Notes: generated by a model not told the origin, from the sequence alone. Positions 1 to 9,967 are shown, counted from the first letter of the stretch. The stretch: DNA of 27,502 bases from an uncultured virus (IMG/VR IMGVR_UViG_3300034629_000093) (IMGVR_UViG_3300034629_000093), one strand, 5' to 3'. Translations and numbers: made by a program.

Positions 1-3000
1 TTCTCACGCTCCTCAATCAAAGCAAGGTTCAAATCCTCTGAACTATAAAAAGACTGGTTGATTGTCTCATTCCGTAAACGCAATAACCGCTCACGGCCAC
101 CCGTAAGTAAAGCCTGTAATTCAGCAAACTGCGTTTTAACTTCCGGTTTATTATCAAGCTGCTCAAAAAATTCAGCATAAAAAGTAGGGGCGTTCTTTTG
201 CAATGTACCGGGGCTAACCAATAAAGCACTCAATGCATCCGCGTACAGCTCCGCACTACTACGGCGATACATTAAGAAATCCGCGCTAACCTCAGCTTCC
301 TCAAACGGTCTCCACGCTTTAGAATGGGCATACAATTCATCAAACAGCGCTTTGTTATCCAGCAACCCACGATTCTCTATCTCCCGCTTTACATACTCCT
401 GGTATCGCTCCTTAATACCATCGCTTAAACTAGCCTTCAAGTCCTTATCATTAATATACTCCTGAAGCGTAATACCCGATTCATCGATCACCGCTTTCTC
501 AGCCATACGTCTCAATTTCGCACGGTCCTTCGTACTCAGTGCCTCGCCACGGCTCGCACTACCTTCAGCCGTCGTCTTTAAATACTTACGCAACGTCAAT
601 AAACGACCAAGAATATTGCCACGGCTCATCGTTTGTTCAGGTAGATAATCGATCAAATGGCCGATCTCATGCGCCAACACTTGCGAAGCCAGTTTGGTAT
701 CCTTAAAAATAGAAGCCTTCAACGCAATTTTACCATCACCAACCGGGTAAAAAACACCACGCGTACTCGTAAATCGAGTACTTATCGAAGGAGCACTCCC
801 TGTAAGTTCCCGCGTAAAAGTAACCAGTTCCGGCAACTCAAGACCGGTAATATTCTCCAGTTCACCCAATGTAACCTCACGTTGCCGGCCATACTCATCC
901 ACCACTTCGATCTGCTTCGCCTCCGCCAACTTCCTATCCACATTCAACGGATTCGAACCACCCTCAAACTCCCCACCAAAACCCTCAGTAGTTCCATCCG
1001 CAAAACCCGATCTTTTTGGTGAGGCTTGTTTTTTAACCGGTACATTATTATCTCTAAAGTTCTTTAATTCCTCGATCTCCTTATTAATTTCAGCTTCGCG
1101 ATTTTTTAATTTATCTGAATAGTATTTGATATTCCATTCATCATTTTTTTCTTGAGCATCTGTAAGATTCTTTTTATCAAAATTCCAGCTCCAATCATTT
1201 TCAAAGTTTTCTAACTGGGATATTTTAGAATCTATACTAGCTCCATTCATTTTAACGTTAGTTAATAATGGTGTATAAATGCTTGCATTAGGCTTACTTG
1301 CTGGCATTACTACAGCAAAGCGGCGGTTATCATCCTTATCCAAAATAATAACTCCTTTTTTCGGAGCATCAAGACGTATCTCTAAATTTTTAGATCCAAG
1401 CTCCTTTAAAGACCTAACAGCGCGACCTAGATTCTCCGCAGCTAAATATACCTCCATCCCCGGCTCGGTAGTTATTTTGTGGAACAGGTTATCTTTTTGT
1501 TTATAGTTTTTGAAAAAACGATTAAAACGTTCGTTTGCATAAATTTGTTCTATAACATCATTACTTAAATCTGCCGTAAATATATATGTATCAGAATCCG
1601 GTACTACAGCTTTCCAATTCGGGAATTTTTCATTAATCATATCCCCAGTCTTAGGATTAACAACTTTAGATTTTTTTATTCTACTATCTGGAGTTACAAC
1701 CATTTTATATCCATCTGTAGCTACTTTAACTCCTTCATCGGTATCATAATAAACCCCTTGTAATGCGGGCCTTAAATCGTCTTTAGAAACAACAATACTA
1801 ATCGGATTATCTTTTTCCCACTTTTTTAATGCTGGTATTTTAGAGGTTAGAGGAGGTGTAAACTCAATCTCATCTGTAATATCGAGGTCAATCTTATCCT
1901 TAACGAGTGGTATTTTATCTATACTCTTTGAGTACGGTGCTAAAAACTCCGGTATTGTTTTCTGATTCACTTCTTCAGATTTAGTACTCTTTAAATACTT
2001 TTCATAAATATTAGTAAGCTTGCTGTTAAGTTCTCTTTTATCTTTAGCAACAATTGTATCGCTTAATTGGTTAAACCCTTCAATCCCTCCCGCATCCGTA
2101 GTCTCTTTACCAACAATCAAGTCAAAACTACCATCCTTGTATTTAGTAGCAGACACCTCCAAACCATTACTAAACTTTAACAAAAACCCATTGCTCTTAG
2201 AAACGAATGTCGGCTTTTTAACCTTAATTACATCAGGAAAATTATATTCAATTCCTTTTCTTGCGGTACTTTTAGAGGCTTTATTACCTTGATCTTCTAG
2301 ATTATTATACACTTCTTCTAAAGCCCTTAATGAAGCAAACCCCACTTTTTTCTTAGTTGATTTTTCTAGGGTAGGGGCATATTGCTTATATAGCTCGTCG
2401 TATTCATAACCCACTACTTTTTTTAATACGTCCGGATTTTCCTTCTTACTTAAACTCGTGTTAATTTTAGAAACTAATTCATTAGTTTTTTCATAAAAAT
2501 TCCTGTCAAAATCATCTAAAGCACCCAGCTCTTTCATCCGGTCAGCTTGGGAGGTTGGTTTGCCGTCCAGTTGGTTTTTTACATACCAGTCACTAAGCCC
2601 TAATTTATTGGACATAACCTCATACTCTATCGCCTCAGCAAAAACGGAAATAGGTAAAGGTTTATTCGAAGGGTATTCCTTAGCAATATTAGAAGCAACT
2701 CTAAACACATTTTCAATGTTAATATCAGAATCAACAACTTTAGTTCTCTTCTTAAGAAAATCCAAAGCACCAGCAGTAGGTTCTATACTATACTTCTTCT
2801 TGTAGGTATTTAATAATTTCTGATCATCCCAAACTCCTTTCGTTTCTGGCGCAACCGTGCCCGATTCACTACCAGAACCTTCCTCCACTTTGTCACTTCC
2901 TTTCTCACTACTTGCATTCTTATCAATCAAATACTCAGCATAATCAATGCCCGTCTTAGTCAAGTCGCTAGTATCTAAAAAACTATTAGTTTCAGGATCT

Positions 3001-5015
3001 TCAAGAACAGGCTTGTTCTTAAACTCTGAGATAACCCAGCCGTCCTGTACTTTACTTTCTATCAACTCCTTTCTAGTAATGAGTGAGCCATCACGCTCTA
3101 CATTTTTACTAAGTACATTTATAACTCGTTGCTTATTCTTTGGGTCCAAAGTTTCTTCAAAACCGCTAAGATCCACCAAAGGCTCACTTTCATTAGTAGG
3201 AGAGCTATTCGATTGTCGAGCATCACGCTGTCTGTTCAGTTTTACTTCTTCAATAGCATCCTCTAAAGTATCATGTATAGAATCACCAAAACCCTGCCCA
3301 GTTTTTCGAGAACGATTAGGAACTAAAAACTGCTCCTTTCCATTAATTACTTGTGTATAAATTTGATAATCCCCATCCTCCGAAACAGGGATCTCCGCTC
3401 CCTCATCATTCCTTATTCCTTGTTCAATATTCGATATTCTTTCTCCCTCCTCAACTTGTTCATTGGCCGTTGGCTGTTCAATGTTGGCTGTTGAATTCTG
3501 TACTCCTTTATTCTCAACTCCTACATTCTCCGCCCTCCCCAACTCAGATTCAATCCTCGTAATATCATCAAGCGCAAGGTCAATATCCTTCACAACGGAT
3601 TCATTATCCAAAAACTGATCCTTAATACCCATCAGCCGTGAAAACTCCGCATTCAACTGCGCCTTCTGCGTCTCAACATCCGCCTCCGGATCAAACGAAA
3701 ACCCAATCTCCGGCACAACCTCGCCCTCAATATATCCACGCTTTGCATTTTGAATTCTTAATTCTTCATTCTTAATTCTTAATTCCTCACCCTTCTCATC
3801 CAAAAAATCCTGAATCTTTTGCAACTCCGCTTCCTGCTCCGGGGATAGTTGCAAATCAGAATTAGCCCGCATATTAGCAACTCCCAAACCCAGCGCATTC
3901 AAAGTCAAACCAACAGCAAACCCGGTAGTCCCGCCCTCAACCAAGCCCTCATACAAGCTCTTAGTCTCATCATACGTCTGGCCGGCAACAATATTACTAG
4001 GTAGCTGCTGAAGAATAGTCTCCTGAAAAGCCTCCTCAACACCACCCGCAAGTGCTTCCGCACCCATCTTCGCATACTTATTAGTCAGTTTTCGGCTCAA
4101 TATCCCTGTAAACTTACCGCCGCTAACCTTATCCAGTCTACGCATCATTTTACCCAAAGGTATAGCCTCCGTAGCACCCAAAGGTAAATTCAGAAGAAAG
4201 GCATTAAAAGCCTCATCATCCGAAGCGCCAGCGTCCTTAGCATTAACAAACTCATTAGCCGCAATAGTGCTACTACCAAAAATAGTACTACTCGCTATTG
4301 CCGGAACTTTAACAGCCTTACTTGCAACACCACCAACGCCAAAACTAGCCGCGCTTCCAAGTCCTTCCGGGAACTTTCGTGCCAAAAACTCATCCTGGTA
4401 CTTCTTATTCTGTGGAAACAGCACATCAATATCTTTACTCAGATCCTCCGCAAATCTATACACCGGAGAATTCTCCACAGCCATCTCATCCGTCAATCCA
4501 AGTGCATTACTAACCTTAGTACCGCCAACCGCAAAACTACGAAGAATATCCACGCTCAACGGGCGTACAAAACCCTCACTAAAACGATTGGCCGCCTCCA
4601 TAACCCGTCCCTGATTACTCTCACCTCCGGCAGCCTTCAAAGCATCCAAACCCTTACTAAACTTCCCGGCAATACTCATATCACCATCCTTCCCCTCCGC
4701 GGGCGGGGACAAAGGGGAGGGGGCTCCTGAATTCTGAACTTCTAAACTTCTATCTCCTAAACTTCTATCTCCTACATTCTCACCGCCACCATCCCCAAAC
4801 AACCCACTAAACCTCTCAAAATCAGGCAAACCCTTAACAGCACCATTATCAGCAAGTCTATCATAAAAAGCCCGCCGTTTTGCAGAATCAGCCATAGCAG
4901 ACTCAAACACATCAAAGCTATCCGGTAAACCCTTAACAGTACCGGCAGAATACAGTCGATCATAAAGCTTCTTAGAACGCTTAACAGTAGGGGTACTATT
5001 TGGATTATTAATCAT
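1..5015 (-). CDS. Giant polyvalent / DNA-ejection (internal virion) protein, 3' end outside window, >=1671 aa; contains a beta-clamp-like domain (1302-1799) and a HExxH metallopeptidase (~170-780)
   Basis: Manual translation from ATG at 5015 (MINNPNSTPTVKRSKKLYDRL...) is stop-free to the window edge (...DLNLALIEERE). Gly/Ala-rich helical N-region with GGVEEAFQE; motifs DDLRPALQGV, VATDGYKM, KFPNWKAVVP, VVMP; VLAHEIGHLID at 657-671. Follows the nozzle and two small ejection-type genes. Confidence 0.88.
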   Translation of the reverse strand, partial: MINNPNSTPTVKRSKKLYDRLYSAGTVKGLPDSFDVFESAMADSAKRRAFYDRLADNGAVKGLPDFERFSGLFGDGGGENVGDRSLGDRSLEVQNSGAPSPLSPPAEGKDGDMSIAGKFSKGLDALKAAGGESNQGRVMEAANRFSEGFVRPLSVDILRSFAVGGTKVSNALGLTDEMAVENSPVYRFAEDLSKDIDVLFPQNKKYQDEFLARKFPEGLGSAASFGVGGVASKAVKVPAIASSTIFGSSTIAANEFVNAKDAGASDDEAFNAFLLNLPLGATEAIPLGKMMRRLDKVSGGKFTGILSRKLTNKYAKMGAEALAGGVEEAFQETILQQLPSNIVAGQTYDETKSLYEGLVEGGTTGFAVGLTLNALGLGVANMRANSDLQLSPEQEAELQKIQDFLDEKGEELRIKNEELRIQNAKRGYIEGEVVPEIGFSFDPEADVETQKAQLNAEFSRLMGIKDQFLDNESVVKDIDLALDDITRIESELGRAENVGVENKGVQNSTANIEQPTANEQVEEGERISNIEQGIRNDEGAEIPVSEDGDYQIYTQVINGKEQFLVPNRSRKTGQGFGDSIHDTLEDAIEEVKLNRQRDARQSNSSPTNESEPLVDLSGFEETLDPKNKQRVINVLSKNVERDGSLITRKELIESKVQDGWVISEFKNKPVLEDPETNSFLDTSDLTKTGIDYAEYLIDKNASSEKGSDKVEEGSGSESGTVAPETKGVWDDQKLLNTYKKKYSIEPTAGALDFLKKRTKVVDSDINIENVFRVASNIAKEYPSNKPLPISVFAEAIEYEVMSNKLGLSDWYVKNQLDGKPTSQADRMKELGALDDFDRNFYEKTNELVSKINTSLSKKENPDVLKKVVGYEYDELYKQYAPTLEKSTKKKVGFASLRALEEVYNNLEDQGNKASKSTARKGIEYNFPDVIKVKKPTFVSKSNGFLLKFSNGLEVSATKYKDGSFDLIVGKETTDAGGIEGFNQLSDTIVAKDKRELNSKLTNIYEKYLKSTKSEEVNQKTIPEFLAPYSKSIDKIPLVKDKIDLDITDEIEFTPPLTSKIPALKKWEKDNPISIVVSKDDLRPALQGVYYDTDEGVKVATDGYKMVVTPDSRIKKSKVVNPKTGDMINEKFPNWKAVVPDSDTYIFTADLSNDVIEQIYANERFNRFFKNYKQKDNLFHKITTEPGMEVYLAAENLGRAVRSLKELGSKNLEIRLDAPKKGVIILDKDDNRRFAVVMPASKPNASIYTPLLTNVKMNGASIDSKISQLENFENDWSWNFDKKNLTDAQEKNDEWNIKYYSDKLKNREAEINKEIEELKNFRDNNVPVKKQASPKRSGFADGTTEGFGGEFEGGSNPLNVDRKLAEAKQIEVVDEYGRQREVTLGELENITGLELPELVTFTRELTGSAPSISTRFTSTRGVFYPVGDGKIALKASIFKDTKLASQVLAHEIGHLIDYLPEQTMSRGNILGRLLTLRKYLKTTAEGSASRGEALSTKDRAKLRRMAEKAVIDESGITLQEYINDKDLKASLSDGIKERYQEYVKREIENRGLLDNKALFDELYAHSKAWRPFEEAEVSADFLMYRRSSAELYADALSALLVSPGTLQKNAPTFYAEFFEQLDNKPEVKTQFAELQALLTGGRERLLRLRNETINQSFYSSEDLNLALIEERE
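4688..4782 (+). repeat. GC-rich hairpin element type A plus 7-mer tail, in frame within the giant gene
   Basis: CCTTCCCCTCCGCGGGCGGGGACAAAGGGGAGGGGG followed by CTGAATT/CTAAACTT/CTATCTC/CTACATT units; encodes ENVGDRSLGDRSLEVQNSGAPSPLSPPAEGK. Confidence 0.9.
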
Positions 5016-5019
5016 CTTA

Positions 5020-5164
5020 TTTCTTAAATCTTACGTCTTATGTCTCAATACTCATTTAAAAACTCGGTTCCTTCCCTCCACGGGAGGGCTTAAAGGGGAG
5101 GGGCATTCTAAACTCCTACCTTCTACATTCTTACTACTAACTACTACCTTCTAACTACTAAAAC
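5020..5164 (+). repeat. Intergenic 7-mer array with type A hairpin (5070-5103)
   Basis: CTACCTT, CTACATT and CTAACTA units flanking CCTTCCCTCCACGGGAGGGCTTAAAGGGGAGGGG. Confidence 0.85.
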
Positions 5165-6130
5165 CTACTCCTCAAAAATATCACCAACATCTACTTGCCC
5201 CGCCCCCGGATCACTCACATTTCCGATTCTAATAATCATATCGGCCTTATCTCTATTCAATTTCTTATAATAATTCTGCGTTTCATTGATATATTCATCC
5301 AAAGTATAAGAGCCGCCGTTCGGTTTCTCAGGGGCATTATTTTCCCATTGGCTACGTAAAGCCACATTACTTTTTAGATCATACAAGTAATCCAGCTTCT
5401 TCTCTACAAGTGGAATTTCCGCATTAGCCGATTGCACATAATCCCGCATCAACTGTACACTCGGCCCACCACCACCCGAAGGTGATTCATTCCTTAATTC
5501 CTGTAACTTACGTTGGTTCTCCCCTCGTAAATTCTCCAGTTTTATATCCGCATCATTATTCCACTTCGCAATATTCTCACGGCTCGTTCTGTCCTCATTA
5601 TATCTGTCCGCCGTTGCTGTTCTATCCGCCGCATCATTCGCCAGATCAGCATCCTTCTTAAGTAGATCAGGGTAATGCTCCTCATAAAAAGCTTGTTTCT
5701 TAGCAGCATTCGTATCCGCCGTAATCTTCTTATCAGCCAATACATTTCTTCTGTCACTATATCCGCCTCTTCGTTTTTCCCGTACTTTATTTACAATACC
5801 TGTGATCGCATTTCTCACGCTGGTCGCTGCGCCTCGGGTATCCAAAGAATAAGGGTTCCCCGCAATCCGGGCACTACCCAAGCTATAAGGAGCTGCATCT
5901 TCGATTGGTGCCAATCGGTTATCCCTGTTTAAATAACCGCTCAATTCCTCCATTTCAGCGTCATTCAGGTTATTAACCGGAAATCGTTCATCCACAAAAT
6001 TAAGAAGTTGATCACTCAACTGCGGGATAGGGTCAGGATCCGGCTCCATCTGTTCAGCCACAAGCTGTTGCCGCAACCCCGGAACCGAGTTAATCAGCTC
6101 ATCAATATTTTCACTCGTAATTAAACTCAT
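5165..6130 (-). CDS. Hypothetical helical protein, probable internal virion/ejection protein (321 aa)
   Basis: Long ORF, charged coiled-coil character, positioned between the nozzle and giant protein as for podovirus ejection proteins; function from position only. Confidence 0.6.
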   Translation of the reverse strand: MSLITSENIDELINSVPGLRQQLVAEQMEPDPDPIPQLSDQLLNFVDERFPVNNLNDAEMEELSGYLNRDNRLAPIEDAAPYSLGSARIAGNPYSLDTRGAATSVRNAITGIVNKVREKRRGGYSDRRNVLADKKITADTNAAKKQAFYEEHYPDLLKKDADLANDAADRTATADRYNEDRTSRENIAKWNNDADIKLENLRGENQRKLQELRNESPSGGGGPSVQLMRDYVQSANAEIPLVEKKLDYLYDLKSNVALRSQWENNAPEKPNGGSYTLDEYINETQNYYKKLNRDKADMIIRIGNVSDPGAGQVDVGDIFEE

Positions 6131-6135
6131 AATTA

Positions 6136-6334
6136 TAACTCCTAAATTCTAAACTCCCAACTACTAAATACTAAATACTAAATACTACCTTCTAACTTCT
6201 AACTTCTAACTCCTACATTCTCAACTCCTACATTCTAACTACTAACTACTAACTCCTACATTCTCAACTCCTACATTCTAACTACTAACTACTAACTCCT
6301 ACATTCTCAACTCCTACATTCTAACTACTAACAC
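6136..6334 (+). repeat. Intergenic 7-mer array with 43-bp higher-order repeat
   Basis: CTAAATA, CTAACTT, CTACATT, CTAACTA units; exact 43-bp unit starting at 6208, 6251 and 6294 (third copy slightly truncated). Confidence 0.95.
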
Positions 6335-6928
6335 CTATCCCGCCGCAGCCCCCGCACCACCAGTTGCCGCCGTTGTTGCTGCTTTTATACCCGCAGTTAT
6401 AAAATCCATCCCAAGTTGTTTATTAGCTTGTTTACGTTGCAAGTCACGGCTAATCTCATTCTGATAATTAGCGTTAGCAAAATTAAGCAAGTTACTATTA
6501 GCACCCAGCAACACATTCATCAAGCGGTCACCACGCGAACGGCTCTGTTCATTATCCGTTTTTGCGCGGTCCTCATAAAACCGTTCTATCTTACCAATAC
6601 CCTCATTCGCGTTTTGGTCCACACGATCAAAAGCAACCCCACGCGATCCCGTAACATCGCCACCCGTAGCAGCCGCCCCGCGGGACAGTGCGCTCTTAGT
6701 ATTATTCGCATTCGCGCGAATGTTGTCAGTATTACGAGTAATACTTTCACCATACAGATCCGTAGCAGAAAGTTGAGCACGGTTACGCGCATCATCCACG
6801 CCGCCCTTAAGGCTACCCATAATTTCGTTAAGGGCGGTCATAGCATTCTCACGCTCAGCGCCAAACTTCTTCTTCCGCGCCTTACTACGAGCCGCTTCCC
6901 GTCCAATACCTAAAAATCTAACTCCCAT
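6335..6928 (-). CDS. Probable small ejection/pilot protein (~197 aa)
   Basis: Ala/Gly/Asn/Arg-rich helical protein ending AGIKAATTAATGGAGAAAG, typical of podovirus DNA-transfer proteins; ATG at 6928 preferred over the track start at 6940. Confidence 0.65.
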   Translation of the reverse strand: MGVRFLGIGREAARSKARKKKFGAERENAMTALNEIMGSLKGGVDDARNRAQLSATDLYGESITRNTDNIRANANNTKSALSRGAAATGGDVTGSRGVAFDRVDQNANEGIGKIERFYEDRAKTDNEQSRSRGDRLMNVLLGANSNLLNFANANYQNEISRDLQRKQANKQLGMDFITAGIKAATTAATGGAGAAAG

Positions 6929-6940
6929 AACAATCACCAA

Positions 6941-7095
6941 TTATTAATCTTAAAACTAACACCTAACTACTAACTCCTACCTTCTAACTTCTAACTTCTA
7001 ACTCCTACATTCTACCTACTAACTCCTACCTTCTAACTCCTACATTCTACCTACTAACTCCTACATTCTACCTACTAACTCCTACCTTCTACCTA
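6941..7095 (+). repeat. Intergenic 7-mer array
   Basis: Tandem CTAACTC, CTACATT, CTACCTT, CTACCTA units. Confidence 0.95.
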
Positions 7096-9963
7096 CTAAA
7101 ACCTACTCGCCCCCTCATGCTCAATCGGTCTATAAAACAACCGGGCGGCACTAAGACGGTTACCCGTATTCGGCACAACCTTAAGTCTGATCCTTGGTTG
7201 CAGCCCACGGCGGTACAACTCCACAAACAAACCCTTCATACTCAAAGTAACCTCATCAGTAGTCATGTCGGCGGTAAAAGCCGCACTCCATGCGCCACCA
7301 TCATCAAAACGCGAATCCTGAAGATCTAGGTAAACAGTAACATCCACGCCCTCGCCAATAAGTTCTATAACCTCCATATACAATTGAACAGCCGTGGAGC
7401 TCAGGTAATCCGTAGTAAGCAATCCGGAAACCTCCGCGGTAGCATCACAAACATCATCATCATTATAAGTGCCGGCAATATCCAGTGTAGCAATACGGTG
7501 ATCAAAACCCCCATACAACTGGTTACCCAAATGCGAGATAGAATTAAAACTCCACATATCAGCAGCGTCATACTTCATAAGGTAGCTCAGTAAACCCTCC
7601 TCACGGCTGGTAGAAAGAGAATCACTCAATACCAGCACTTCGTTATTAGCCCCAAGCAACCACAGTTCATGTTCACGGGCATGGTAAGCAGCATCCTTAA
7701 AAGGAGAATCAAAAAACGAATATCTCGTACTATCAATAATACGCTCAACATCCTTACCCCGCCAAACATACAAACCATCATGGCTTTGAAACACCACGCG
7801 ATCTCCCCACAAAGCACAAGAGAAAGGAGAGAGTAAAGGCAAGCTCTCCGCAACCGGCTCCTCATTCACATCAAACGCTCCGGAACTCAAGTCAGCGCCC
7901 AAATAAACAATAACAGGCTCCTTATTAGTCAATAAATAGATAAGGTATCGTAATCGGTCGCCACGCTGGTTATCTATCATGTCAGCAAAAAGCCGCTCAA
8001 TACGCTCAACATTACTAATAGGCTTTTGGGAAGTAATATCTATCATCTGTCCGGGCGTCGCCAAAGCAACATAATTAGCAAGATCCAATACCTCTTCGTC
8101 CGTATTAGTATCCGGTAAAGCATCCAATGTATAATCAGCGGGGACCGTAGAAATAACAATTTCCTTCCCGAAAAACTCCGGGTCCTTCGGGGTAATTTTC
8201 TTAATCAGATAATAATCAGTACCCGAAGAAGTATCCTTTAAATACAGATACACAGCCAAAATCAAACTACTTAAAGCCGTTTGCTTATAAATATTTTCAG
8301 TTGATTTCAACTCCAGTTCATAATCAGTATCACTAAAAGTATTATCGCTGTACTCATACACAATACTTAAATGCTTATCCGCGTCTACGGTGCCCGAAGT
8401 TTCAATTCTGTAATTTACGTTAGGATCAGGGACAGGTTTATTCAGTTCATAACCACCAAACAAAATACTTCCCTTCACGCCACTAACATGATGGGGTTTA
8501 ATACTACTAGCCGGTAATATAGTAGGTCGTCCGGCAGTATGTGGTACAAAAGCAGAAATATGATCGATCAGTTCCTCATCAGGGGTATAATCATCAATAG
8601 TAAAATCCGTAACAGAAAAATCCCGAGCAAAATAAAAACTACCGTTAGGGTAATCAGGGCGGGTGCCATAACAATCATTACTTTTCAATTGCCATCGGGT
8701 ACTAAATAAATAACCCTTAACAGCATTATCCGGCACAAGGTTATTAGGTGCAGTATTGTATATATGCCGTAGCTGAACGCCCTTTCTATACGTTCTTATA
8801 TCTTGAATTGGATCAACACCAACATCTTCAAAAATACTGGAAGCAGGGGTGCTGATTTCAATAGGTACACTAGGATGTGTAAAACTGCCATCGTTAAGCT
8901 CATAAACCACACAATAAGCACGGTATAAGGTTGGTTCGTTAAAATCAGAATTCACGGTAATATCTGCCGTTCCAACCGAATACTTACCGCTGCTCTCAAG
9001 AAAAGCATTTATATCAACACCAGAAGGCACTACACTATAATAATATTCAATATTCACGTCGCTGCTCATGGGTGGCCATGGGCTTTGAAACTTTAATTTA
9101 CCATCCGTATCTAAGGTGGTAATTTTTGCGATCTGCGGTTGAAAATTAATCACTCCATTCACCAATGGGGTCAATGGGGAAGGGGTTGACAAAACAGGAT
9201 CGTCACCGGTGCCATCTATAGTATAAGGGAGTTCACTCTCTAAGATTAATATCTGATCATTTTTATACTCAACACCGCCAATAGTTAAATACTTCTGTCC
9301 TCCATACTCATATTTATAGATCCCTTTCGCTAACGTGTCAGAGCTTGCAAAAATAAAAGTACCCCAACTAAAATCCGATAAATACACCAGTACACTTTTA
9401 TTCTCTCCAAAACCCCAAATATTCTTATCCGTAAAATCATTCTCCGTAATAAAGTCCACATCATAAAGGGGTTTAGCGGAAGCACTATACCACTCAAAAA
9501 TATCCTTCGTCTTCAGGTCAATATACCAGGCTTGCCCGGCACCGGTATCAAACAAATACAAAAACCGTCCAATAACCACATGCTGCAACTTAGTATCATT
9601 CTTAAAAGCAACATCAACACCATAAGTAGTGGTAGTCAGGGTCGTTAAATTATCTAAATACAAGCGGGTATCAGTATGGCGGATCATGTAATTATAAGTA
9701 ACCCCCTCATAACTACTGCTAAAAGCCGCTAATGTAATAATATCACCCTGCGCCTCAGATCCAAGAATTCCGGTAGTACCGCCACGTACTTGAATATCCT
9801 GTCGTATTCCATCACCCTTATAGCGTACATTCTCCAAATCCTTCCAAAGCCGAATTGTACGCTGGCCTTCAGGATTCGCATCCCCCAAACCAAACTCCAT
9901 AACCTTAGAAGGCCGTTCCGCAACAGCTCCAATCCTACCAGCTATGTCACCAATTCTACTCAC
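7096..9963 (-). CDS. Probable tail nozzle / packaged-DNA stabilization protein (P22 gp10/T7 gp12-like role), 955 aa
   Basis: Beta-rich; N-terminal DLENVR motif, propeller-like C-terminal blades (VVFQSHDGLYVWRG, AAYHAREHELWL); sits after capsid and adaptor. Confidence 0.7.
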   Translation of the reverse strand: MSRIGDIAGRIGAVAERPSKVMEFGLGDANPEGQRTIRLWKDLENVRYKGDGIRQDIQVRGGTTGILGSEAQGDIITLAAFSSSYEGVTYNYMIRHTDTRLYLDNLTTLTTTTYGVDVAFKNDTKLQHVVIGRFLYLFDTGAGQAWYIDLKTKDIFEWYSASAKPLYDVDFITENDFTDKNIWGFGENKSVLVYLSDFSWGTFIFASSDTLAKGIYKYEYGGQKYLTIGGVEYKNDQILILESELPYTIDGTGDDPVLSTPSPLTPLVNGVINFQPQIAKITTLDTDGKLKFQSPWPPMSSDVNIEYYYSVVPSGVDINAFLESSGKYSVGTADITVNSDFNEPTLYRAYCVVYELNDGSFTHPSVPIEISTPASSIFEDVGVDPIQDIRTYRKGVQLRHIYNTAPNNLVPDNAVKGYLFSTRWQLKSNDCYGTRPDYPNGSFYFARDFSVTDFTIDDYTPDEELIDHISAFVPHTAGRPTILPASSIKPHHVSGVKGSILFGGYELNKPVPDPNVNYRIETSGTVDADKHLSIVYEYSDNTFSDTDYELELKSTENIYKQTALSSLILAVYLYLKDTSSGTDYYLIKKITPKDPEFFGKEIVISTVPADYTLDALPDTNTDEEVLDLANYVALATPGQMIDITSQKPISNVERIERLFADMIDNQRGDRLRYLIYLLTNKEPVIVYLGADLSSGAFDVNEEPVAESLPLLSPFSCALWGDRVVFQSHDGLYVWRGKDVERIIDSTRYSFFDSPFKDAAYHAREHELWLLGANNEVLVLSDSLSTSREEGLLSYLMKYDAADMWSFNSISHLGNQLYGGFDHRIATLDIAGTYNDDDVCDATAEVSGLLTTDYLSSTAVQLYMEVIELIGEGVDVTVYLDLQDSRFDDGGAWSAAFTADMTTDEVTLSMKGLFVELYRRGLQPRIRLKVVPNTGNRLSAARLFYRPIEHEGASRF

Positions 9964-9967
9964 AAAT

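Noticed and set aside
1..5015. Virion RNA polymerase (N4- or crAss-type) as the identity of the giant gene
   Set aside because: No DxDGD or other polymerase catalytic motif was recognised in the translated part; it cannot be excluded for the portion outside the window.
6136..7095. Possible CRISPR array in the repetitive intergenic regions
   Set aside because: Repeats are contiguous 7-43 bp units with no unique spacers, and no cas genes are present.
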